Shown here: positions 13,045-20,939 of the stretch, piece by piece
Layout: each line of letters starts with the position of its first letter
Position numbering within the stretch: position 1 is the stretch's first letter
NCBI GenBank assembly: GCA_964035545.1
Contig: OZ037765.1
Coordinates: 15,014,698 to 15,078,697 of the forward strand
DNA length: 64,000 nucleotides
Source: Bugula neritina
Lineage: Eukaryota > Animalia > Bryozoa
Reading direction: 5' to 3'
Made by a program: the position numbers and the translations under genes
Notes under the pieces: model-generated
What the model saw: only the letters and a program-made list of their open reading frames with translations
Told to the model about the DNA's origin: nothing
Databases searched by the model: none

Positions 13045-16000
13045 TTATGGGTTCACTTCAGTTAATAAAGCCAACCTATGCACGCTGCGGGTTATGATAT
13101 TGTCTTTACAGCCTACATAGTCCCTCAGTTTCCCTGCTACCTTATAGTTTTTGTAGGAAAAGGCTACTTTTCTTACTACGCCATCCTTGCTCGGATATAC
13201 TTGATGTACTCGAGCTAGTTTATACTGATTACGCAGCTGATTTGGATCCATAACCACTACAACATCTCCCACCTGAAAGTTTCGTCTTGGGGTATGCCAC
13301 TTTTGGTGATGAATCAGTGTGGGTGCATACAATTCGGTCCACTTCCGCCAGAAGTCATCTGAGACTGTATTTACCAAAGCCAGTCGCCCCCTTAAGGAGT
13401 AGTCTGTATTCCAGTTGCCAGGATTCTTGATGAAGGGTCGTCCAATAAGTTGACAGTTAGGTGTTAATATGTTGATCTCAGAGTCTGAATCTGGCAGTAA
13501 TCCCAATGGCCTTTCATTTAGTGTGTTTGCAGCTTCAGTGCAGATTGTGAGAAATTCTGTAGGTGAAAGCCGGCGGTTGCTCTTTGAAAATGTGAAACAT
13601 CTCTTGACAGCCTTTATGAGTGATTCAGCAGCGCCCTGATACCAGGGGCTGTCACCAGGTCCAAATTCCCATTGCAACCCATTTTCTGCACTGGTTTTCT
13701 TGATAGAATCTTTGTCCATGCGTCTCCACATATCTTTGAGTTCTTTTTCTGCTCCAGCTAACTGTGTTCCAGGATCAGAATAAATCTTGGATGGCCAGCC
13801 ACGAATGTTGACGAATCGAGTTAATGCCAACAGGAAAGAATCACTGTCATATCCGAAAACTGCTTCGATGTGTGCTGCTCGTGAACTGATGTCTGTGAAT
13901 ATTACTTCATAAGCTTTGCTCGAAGTTCTAGTCTGTTTTTCTCCTCTCACAATATACGGACCAAAAAGATCTATCATTACATTGTTGAATGGCGGTCCGG
14001 TCGTTAGTCGTTCTGTAGGAAGACTTCCCATCAGTTGATCAGTAAAGCGAGGTTGTTTGAGTCGACACATTTGGCATGATGTTACTATGCCCCTAGCAAC
14101 CTTAGATCCTTGCATAGTCCAAAACTCTTCTCGGAATCTTGCGAGTGTTGCATCTCGGCCACGGTGATAGCTGTTTATGTGTGCCTGCCGCATTGCCAAG
14201 TAAGTAAAGTAGTGAGAGGTGGGAAAGATTGATTGCGTGTGCGTTTTAATCGCTGTCATGGGGTTATGCCTTAGGAGTCTACTGCCTACTATCCATACTT
14301 CACTCTCTGTCTTAATGGGGTGAAGCCTTGTGTATTTCTCTTTAATCTTGCTCAACTCAGAATCTATAGTGCGTTGTACCTGCTTCAGTAAGTAGAGTTT
14401 GGTCTGCCGTAGATCTTCCACGGTGATGAGATCAGATTGGATTCCCTTAAAACTTTTGTATTTGAAGATGTTGCAAACTCGAGCTATTGTCCATGTTAGA
14501 CTCTTGAGGCTGCTGAAATTTTCATATTTAATAAATGATTGGACTTCTGTTGATGCAGTGACAGTGTAAACTATTTTCTTCTCTCCAAAGACAAGCTCAT
14601 TCGAGTCAGATGGCGATTTTATATCCCATTGATCCTCAGGCAGATAGAGAAAATTTGGGCCTCTCCACCATTCACTCTCAGGTCCAATGTCATTGACAGG
14701 CTTCCCTCTTGTAAGCCAATCTGCTGTGTTTTCCTTGCCACTTACCCAGTGCCAGCAGCTCATATCCCCATTGGTTGCTCCCTGAATTTCTCCAATGCGT
14801 ACACCTTCGTAAACATGAAACCTTGTTGACTTCTTTTGGAACATCTTGAGCACCGTTTTAGAATTGATAAGCTGATAAACTTTCTCAAACTCATAGCGCA
14901 TTTCAGTCTTAATAACTTGTCTGCCTCTCTTTGACCATACGGCCGCATTGAGTTCTAGTTGAGGAATCTTGAGTTGTTGTTTTATGGGTGCTATACGACA
15001 TTTAGCTGTAGCTTTGTTTACCCCTTTAGCAGTCGCTTTAGATTCTGCCCTCTCATTGGCCGGAACAGGCGTGGATTGTGTGATAGAGGTACTGCTAGTA
15101 AATTCATACTTTCTTTTAATCTCTACAGACATGGACATAGAGTCATTGACTTCTAAAGATCTGTTCAACTGTCCAGAACCGATTTGTCCTGCAGACTCAG
15201 TGTCTGGGTCTCCCGGGCTCTGTAAAGGGTCGGAATCATCGGCTGACTCAATCATACCACATTCAGTGGCTATAGTATGTGATTCACCATAATTTATAAT
15301 AGTCTGAGGTCTTGAAAATGACTTTGCAAACTGACTGGGAGATGCGTCGGGACTATTGACACTGTAAGTTGGCGTAGAAACTGTAGACAATTCAAAATCA
15401 CAACTGTTGAGCGTGTCGTTGTGTATGCTTTGAGTGAATTCAACTTCCTCTAACTTCTCATGCGCCATGGTAGCCTGTACATGAAAAGATGAGGATGGAA
15501 GTGTAGAAAAGTTGCTAAGGGTAGGGTGTGATCCCTGCACACACAGTCCAAAGGGTCCGGAATATACATAGAGGTGAGGTCCTGCTTGATCAACTTGGTG
15601 TTTTGGATGCAATCCAAGAAGATCGTTACCAATTAGCAGGTCGATGGGTCCCGTCTTCTTCAATAGCTTGTGAGTATCTACTTTCGGGAAGAGAGATTTG
15701 AGGATGTTTGCATCAAGTGGCCTGTTGATAGCCCCTGTGAGTTTCCGAAGGCTGTAAGCTAAAATCGAAAAGGTCCTTCCCTTTGGAGTTTGTAACTTTA
15801 CTTCATAAATAGTAGAAGTTTCGCTAACTTCATGTTCACCAAGTGTGTTCATTTCCAAATTCACCTTATCTATCTGTCGCGCACCCCACGCTTTAGCGGC
15901 TCTCTCCGATATGAATGAAGCATTGGATCCGCCGTCAAAGAATATAATAGCTGTATGAGATGTACCCACTACTTGGGCCTGCTGAATGGCAAATACTGTA

Positions 16001-18069
16001 GCATTTCCTGGATGATTGTGCGCTCCATGATTGAGAGACACACGGACCGTGGTGCTAACAGCAGACGCTTCAGAATTCTCGTTACTCTTGTGCTTAATTT
16101 GATCAGCTCTTGCTTTATTCTTGTTGGTATTACAATTGGTATGTGTATTAGTTTCAGCTGATTTGATGCACAATAATACATGGTGGGTTGTTTTATCACA
16201 GACTGAACAAGGGGTTCGGAAATTTGGACAGCACTTGGGCTTATGGGCACCCAAGCACCTAGCACATAGAGAATTAGTTTTTATTAACTTGTATCTTTCA
16301 TCTACAGACAACGCCAAGAAATTTCTGCACTCAACAAGACAATGACGCTCACTGCGATGAATAAAACAGTAATTCTCACTATCAATGGTTTTGCTATTAT
16401 TAGTAGACCTGTTACTACTAGACTTTGGGCCACTGCTTTCAGTGTGGAACGCTTTCACCTTCTGTTTATGCATACTGGAGGACTGCGGGTTTACGGTTTC
16501 TATGCGTCTGAGGGCTATCTGCCGTTCTTGCTCTAGAAACCTCATGAGGTGTGGGAATGGCTTGATTCTCTCCTCGTGAGTAAGTATGTGAAAGTGTCTA
16601 TCCCAGTCCCGTCTAATGCTTGTAGGTAATAGGTTTGCAAGAGTATCGACCTGTGGCAGCATAACAGTTTGCAACAGTCCCACTTCACCGAGTTGGCTGT
16701 ACGAACTTTCTACTGCATTGGCCATTTTGACGAGTTCTCGTGCATCGCCTTCTTTTACTGGCTTTAGTTCTTGTAGATTGTTGAAGACTGCTTGCACACT
16801 CATACTAGGATCATTGTAGACCTCTTCTAATCTACACATCATTCTCTCATAAGCTTGAGGCTGAGTTGCAAAGATTGGCTGAACCATCTCCAGAGCTTCG
16901 CCTGTGAGAAATTTTTTTAATTCACAAGCCCTATCGACATCATCGTAAAACATAGTGGCATACCTTAGCCACACTGACCTAAATTCCGGCCAATGGTATC
17001 TGGTGCCGTTAAATGGCTTGGGTTGTGAATGAGTTTTATGTATAGATGAATTGAAGTTATTTCCACCTGTATGTCTAGAGTCATAACTTATTTGACTAGT
17101 TCCATTAGGATAGCTATCATATGCATTGACAACCGAGGAAGTTGCGCCGCGAATCAAGGATTCCGAATGAGCTGCACGATCAGGACTACCATGTAGATCA
17201 CGTACTGAGAACGTAGAAAAACGAACATCTCTGACATTGGTACTTGCTATGACACCTGGATTTGATGCCAAAGCTTCACCGGATGTGTGATCTTCCCGTA
17301 GTACCTGCCTATCACTACCACTTGCTGTGATACCTGGATTTGGTGCAAGAGTAGCCTCATGTGTGCTAGGGTGTGATCTAGGAGAAAACAACTGACCCGA
17401 CGCGACCATAGTCGATGCATGACCCGCGCCGCTCGAAGGTGACCCCCCACCCATACCGCTCTCCACGAGACCGGACTGGACCACGGACGGATCAGATTCA
17501 CGGTGTTCGAAATTCATGCTCTGTGACTGAGCCCTTGACATAAGAGCAAACTTAGACATACAATAATCTAAAGATAAAATAACTTCGTCTAATTCTAATA
17601 ATAAATCAGAAAAACCTATGGTATCTGCCAAACTTTCTGAAAGAGCTACACATTTCCTATGATGTTCAGTGATAAGAGTATTGTCAGTACAATCAGCAAC
17701 TAATCCATTGGCTTTCTTAATTGCTAAAATAAGGCTGTGCTTGATTTTATAGAATTTGCTATGCCAAGTATTACAGTCAGAAATAGCTTTGTCATAACTA
17801 GCCTTTACAGCTTGATAGTACTCTACTGGACTCATCTTATTAACATAAGCAATGTCTTCCATAGACTCATCTGATGAAACGTATTCCAAAAAGTCATAAT
17901 GGATAGTTAGAAACTCTTGATATGTAGATTCAAGCTGAGATCGCAGGCATTCCACTTGTATAGAGTTGCTACTAGAGATTGCTGACTCTATGAGATTAGT
18001 TAGCATTGTTACCTTAGACCTCAGAGTAGTACGTTGCTTCTTGAGATTAACTATGTCCTGTCGGTCCAT
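13045..18069 (-). CDS. Gag-PR-(no RT)-partial RNase H-integrase polyprotein, 1674 aa from the first ATG
   Basis: The frame is open from 18123 to 13045. The ORF track starts at TTG 18123; the first ATG is at 18069. Motifs in order: KPFNG..WPEF..W (DUF1759-like Gag), three Cys/His knuckles, FFDGGSNASFI..IDLLIGND (protease), AKCRIAP..LEL..NTAD (RNase H part), H-H-CQMC, IDLFGP, YSDPGTQL, GAAESLIK (integrase), FWRKW..GDVVVV..DGVVRKV..RSVHRL (DUF5641-like tail). Confidence 0.93.
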   Translation of the reverse strand: MDRQDIVNLKKQRTTLRSKVTMLTNLIESAISSSNSIQVECLRSQLESTYQEFLTIHYDFLEYVSSDESMEDIAYVNKMSPVEYYQAVKASYDKAISDCNTWHSKFYKIKHSLILAIKKANGLVADCTDNTLITEHHRKCVALSESLADTIGFSDLLLELDEVILSLDYCMSKFALMSRAQSQSMNFEHRESDPSVVQSGLVESGMGGGSPSSGAGHASTMVASGQLFSPRSHPSTHEATLAPNPGITASGSDRQVLREDHTSGEALASNPGVIASTNVRDVRFSTFSVRDLHGSPDRAAHSESLIRGATSSVVNAYDSYPNGTSQISYDSRHTGGNNFNSSIHKTHSQPKPFNGTRYHWPEFRSVWLRYATMFYDDVDRACELKKFLTGEALEMVQPIFATQPQAYERMMCRLEEVYNDPSMSVQAVFNNLQELKPVKEGDARELVKMANAVESSYSQLGEVGLLQTVMLPQVDTLANLLPTSIRRDWDRHFHILTHEERIKPFPHLMRFLEQERQIALRRIETVNPQSSSMHKQKVKAFHTESSGPKSSSNRSTNNSKTIDSENYCFIHRSERHCLVECRNFLALSVDERYKLIKTNSLCARCLGAHKPKCCPNFRTPCSVCDKTTHHVLLCIKSAETNTHTNCNTNKNKARADQIKHKSNENSEASAVSTTVRVSLNHGAHNHPGNATVFAIQQAQVVGTSHTAIIFFDGGSNASFISERAAKAWGARQIDKVNLEMNTLGEHEVSETSTIYEVKLQTPKGRTFSILAYSLRKLTGAINRPLDANILKSLFPKVDTHKLLKKTGPIDLLIGNDLLGLHPKHQVDQAGPHLYVYSGPFGLCVQGSHPTLSNFSTLPSSSFHVQATMAHEKLEEVEFTQSIHNDTLNSCDFELSTVSTPTYSVNSPDASPSQFAKSFSRPQTIINYGESHTIATECGMIESADDSDPLQSPGDPDTESAGQIGSGQLNRSLEVNDSMSMSVEIKRKYEFTSSTSITQSTPVPANERAESKATAKGVNKATAKCRIAPIKQQLKIPQLELNAAVWSKRGRQVIKTEMRYEFEKVYQLINSKTVLKMFQKKSTRFHVYEGVRIGEIQGATNGDMSCWHWVSGKENTADWLTRGKPVNDIGPESEWWRGPNFLYLPEDQWDIKSPSDSNELVFGEKKIVYTVTASTEVQSFIKYENFSSLKSLTWTIARVCNIFKYKSFKGIQSDLITVEDLRQTKLYLLKQVQRTIDSELSKIKEKYTRLHPIKTESEVWIVGSRLLRHNPMTAIKTHTQSIFPTSHYFTYLAMRQAHINSYHRGRDATLARFREEFWTMQGSKVARGIVTSCQMCRLKQPRFTDQLMGSLPTERLTTGPPFNNVMIDLFGPYIVRGEKQTRTSSKAYEVIFTDISSRAAHIEAVFGYDSDSFLLALTRFVNIRGWPSKIYSDPGTQLAGAEKELKDMWRRMDKDSIKKTSAENGLQWEFGPGDSPWYQGAAESLIKAVKRCFTFSKSNRRLSPTEFLTICTEAANTLNERPLGLLPDSDSEINILTPNCQLIGRPFIKNPGNWNTDYSLRGRLALVNTVSDDFWRKWTELYAPTLIHHQKWHTPRRNFQVGDVVVVMDPNQLRNQYKLARVHQVYPSKDGVVRKVAFSYKNYKVAGKLRDYVGCKDNIITRSVHRLALLTEVNP
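13048..14190 (-). other. Integrase with HHCC zinc finger, DDE core and C-terminal domain
   Basis: H at 14179-81 and 14164-66, C at 14074-76 and 14065-67. D at 13969-71, D at 13774-76, E at 13624-26. The D-x49-E spacing is long, as is usual for BEL/Pao. Confidence 0.92.
14700..15006 (-). other. Truncated RNase H (C-terminal part only), probably inactive
   Basis: Begins at AKCRIAP, so the upstream F-x-D-A/G-S motif with the first catalytic Asp is absent. The usual x-D-S motif reads INS (AAT at 14863-14865). The E of LEL and the D of NTAD (14719-14721) are retained. Confidence 0.8.
15530..16000 (-). other. Aspartic protease domain (DUF1758-like), catalytic Asp at 15934-15936
   Basis: AIIFFDGGSNASFIS, then IDLLIGND and GPFGLCVQG. 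The triad is DGG rather than the usual DSG/DTG. Confidence 0.85.
16168..16368 (-). other. Triple zinc-knuckle nucleocapsid region
   Basis: CFIHRSERHCLVEC, CARCLGAHKPKCC and CSVCDKTTHHVLLC. Three knuckles are characteristic of BEL/Pao Gag. Confidence 0.88.
16520..17020 (-). other. Gag capsid-like domain (DUF1759-type), approximate bounds
   Basis: KPFNGTRYHWPEFRSVW...LKKFLTGEALEMV...AYERMMCRLEEVY...LPTSIRRDW...LMRFLEQE fits the BEL/Pao Gag pattern. Recognised by eye, not by HMM. Confidence 0.8.
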
Positions 18070-18189
18070 GTCAGCCTCAGCAATATTGGTACTGTATCGG
18101 TTTGTGTTTGTGTCTGGTTGCAAGATATGTTTTAACTACTAGCCAACTTGGCAACAGGTTTTCGAGTTTATTAACTGTCAAATCGTACC

Positions 18190-18318
18190 CTATAAAATGG
18201 GAAACATTAGAAATTGTATAAATAAGTAGTCACAATATAAATCAAAATTCAGAGGAACACTATGAATATTACAGAACCAAAAAATTGACATGAACTATTG
18301 TAATTCTAATAAACTTAC
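18190..18318 (-). other. Predicted 129-nt spliceosomal intron in the LTR (same position in the 3' LTR: 12462-12590)
   Basis: Perfect GTAAGT donor, TTCTAAT branch-point-like motif and TTTCCCATTTTATAG acceptor, all on the element's sense strand. Confidence 0.6.
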
Positions 18319-18500
18319 AATATTGATGCGTGGATAAAAATCTTAGCCATCACAATACCGAAACCGATAGTTTATTCATACAAAGAGTGTAAATATGGCG
18401 GTTTGATCATGATACACTGACTCATGCAGTACAGTGAATGAACTAGCTCTGCCAGCTAATAGTAGCTTTGGTGAAAGCTTTTGAAGCTTGAAAGCTTTAA

Positions 18501-18509
18501 TGATTGGCT
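18501..18509 (-). promoter_or_regulatory. CCAAT box in U3 of the 5' LTR
   Basis: AGCCAATCA matches the NF-Y consensus RRCCAATSR and lies ~35 nt inside the LTR 5' end. Confidence 0.4.
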
Positions 18510-20939
18510 GCCTGCCAATACTTCTGGGTGGCATACCAATACAAACATACTGAAATACACTGTAACCTACTGAAATATGCTGTAGCACACTGAAATATAC
18601 TGCAACATACTGAAATATAATGCAAGTAACTACAACATACTGAAATACACTGTGACATACTGAGATACACTGCAACATACTGCAACATACTGAAATACAC
18701 TGTAACAGACTGAAATGTACTGTAACACACTGAAATATACTGCAACATGCTGAAATACACTGTAACATACTGAAATATACTGCAACATACTGCAACATAC
18801 CGAATTACACTGTAACAAACTGAAATACACTCCAACATACTACAACATACTGAAATACACTACAACACATTGAAGTAAACCTCAACATACTTAAATATAC
18901 GGTAACATACTGAAATATACTGTAACTCATTGAAAAACATTGCAACATACTGAAACATACTGAAATATGCTGTAGCACACTGAAATACACCGCAGTTCAA
19001 TAAAAAATAGTGTAATATACGGAAATGTACCGTAACATACTGAAATATACTGTAACAGACTGAAATGTACTGTAACAAACTGAAATATACTGCAACATGC
19101 TGAAATACACTGTAACATAATGAAATATACTCCAACACACTGCAACATACCGAATTACACTGTAACAAACTGAAATACACTCCAACATACTACAACATAC
19201 TGAAATACACTGTAACATATTGAAATACACCGCAACACATTGAAATATACTGCAACATACCGAAATATATGGTAAACTACTGAATTATACTGTAACACAT
19301 TGAAACTTACCGCAAAATACTAAAATACACTGCAACACACTGAAGTATACTGTAATATATAGAAATGTACTGTAAAATACTTAAACATACGACAACATAC
19401 CAAAAAACATACTGCAACATACTGCAATATCCTGAAATATACTTCAACATACTGAAACATACCTAAAAACATTGAAATATACTGAAATACAGTGTAGGAT
19501 ATTGAAATACACTGCAACAATTTGGAATATACAGCAACATACCGAAATATATGGTAACCTACTGAAATATGTTGCAAACTACTGAAATATACTGCAACAT
19601 ACTGCAACATAATGAAATATACTATAACACATTGGAATAAACTGCAAAATACTGAAATATACTGTAACATACTGAAACATACTGCAACATACCGAAATAT
19701 ACTGTAACATACTGAAATATACTGCAAGATACTGCAATATACTGAAATACACTGTAACCTACTGAAATACACTGCAACATACTACAACATACTGAAATAC
19801 ACTGTAACATTATGAATTACACGGCAACACATTGAAAAATACTGCAACACACTGAAACATACGGCAACATACTTAAATATATGGTAAACAGCTGAAATAT
19901 ACTGTAACACATCGAAAAATACTGCAACATACTGAAATATACTGTATCACACTGAAATATACTGCAACATAATAAAATACATTGTAACATACTGAGGTAC
20001 ACTGCAACATACTGCAACATACTGAAATACACTGTGACATACTGAGATACACTGCAACATACTGCAACATACTGCAACCTACTGCAACATACTGAAATAC
20101 ACTGTAACAGACTGAAATGTACTGTAACACACTGACATATACTGCAACACATTGAAATATACCGCAACATACTGAAATATGCTGTAGCACACTGAAATAC
20201 ACTGCAACTCACTATAATATAGTGTAATATACAGAAATGTACTGTAACATACTGAAATATACTGTAACATACTGAAATCTACTGCAACATACTGAAGTAC
20301 ACTGCAACATACTGCAACATACTGAAATACACTGTAACATATTGAAATACACGACAACACATTGAAATATACTGCAACACACTGAAGGATACGGCGACAT
20401 ACTGAAATATACTGCGACACATTGAAATATACTGCAACATACTGAAATACGCTGTAGCATACTGAAATATACTGTAACACACTGTAAAATACTGCAACAT
20501 ACTGCAACATACTGACATACACTGGAACATACTGAAATACACTGCAACATACTACAACATACTGAAATACACTGTACCCTACTGAAATATGCTGTAGCAC
20601 ACTGAAATATACTGCAACATACTGAAATATAATGCAAGTTACTACAACATACTGAAATACACTGTGACATACTGAGATACACTGCAACATACTGCAACAT
20701 ACTGCAACATACTGAAATACACTGTAACCTACTGAAATACACTGCGACATACTACAACATACTGAAATACACTGTAACATTATGAATTACACTGCAACAC
20801 ATTGAAAAATACTGCAACACACTGAAACATACGGCAACATACTGAAATATATGGTAAACAACTGAAATATACTGTAATACATCGAAAAATACTGCAACAT
20901 ACTGAAATATACTGTAACACACTGAAATATACTGCAACA

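Larger units (their letters stand above)
12407..18543 (-). mobile_element. BEL/Pao-superfamily LTR retrotransposon, RT-deleted (non-autonomous), recent insertion into the satellite
   Basis: 409-bp direct repeats (12407-12815 = 18135-18543, offset 5728) flank one long minus-strand ORF. The ORF has BEL/Pao-type Gag, three zinc knuckles, an aspartic protease, an RNase H C-terminal part (AKCRIAP..IPQLEL..NTADWLTRG) and a C-terminal integrase. Confidence 0.95.
18128..18543 (-). repeat. 5' LTR, 416 bp, TGT...ACA termini
   Basis: The minus strand reads TGTATTGGTATGCC...GGCTAGTAGTTAAAACA. Bases 18135-18543 match the other LTR. The last 7 bp (18128-18134) are assigned to the LTR by inference from the canonical TG...CA ends. 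Confidence 0.9.

Noticed and set aside
12407-13045. Hammerhead or HDV-like ribozyme (retrozyme-like) in the LTR or 3' UTR
   Set aside because: I found no CUGANGA...GAAA core on either strand (only CTGATC and CTGACTCA) and could not build an HDV fold by eye.
15230-16960. FYDD (in Gag) and SADD (in the linker) as possible RT catalytic motifs
   Set aside because: Both are in the wrong position and lack flanking RT motifs. One lies in the capsid-like domain and the other in low-complexity sequence.
12923-17501. Short ORFs overlapping the polyprotein (12923+, 14629+, 14969+, 15955+, 16121+, 17247- and others)
   Set aside because: They are short antisense or out-of-frame shadows of the main ORF with no recognisable motifs. 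None contains RT motifs, so RT is not hidden in another listed frame.
18070-18123. TTG start at 18123 given by the ORF track
   Set aside because: This is a eukaryotic element, so the ATG at 18069 is the more plausible start.
18119-18127. PBS-position sequence TGCAAGATA matches a satellite variant (ACTGCAAGATAC), hinting at priming by satellite RNA
   Set aside because: The match is only 9 nt against a highly degenerate array, so chance cannot be excluded.
18473-18498. Three tandem AAGCTT palindromes in U3 as a heat-shock element
   Set aside because: They do not match nGAAnnTTCn arrays, and no specific factor can be assigned.
12407-18543. DIRS/tyrosine-recombinase element or Ginger-like DNA transposon, suggested by the missing TSD and missing RT
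   Set aside because: There is no YR domain and no terminal inverted repeat. Direct TG...CA LTRs and BEL/Pao Gag, protease and integrase are present.
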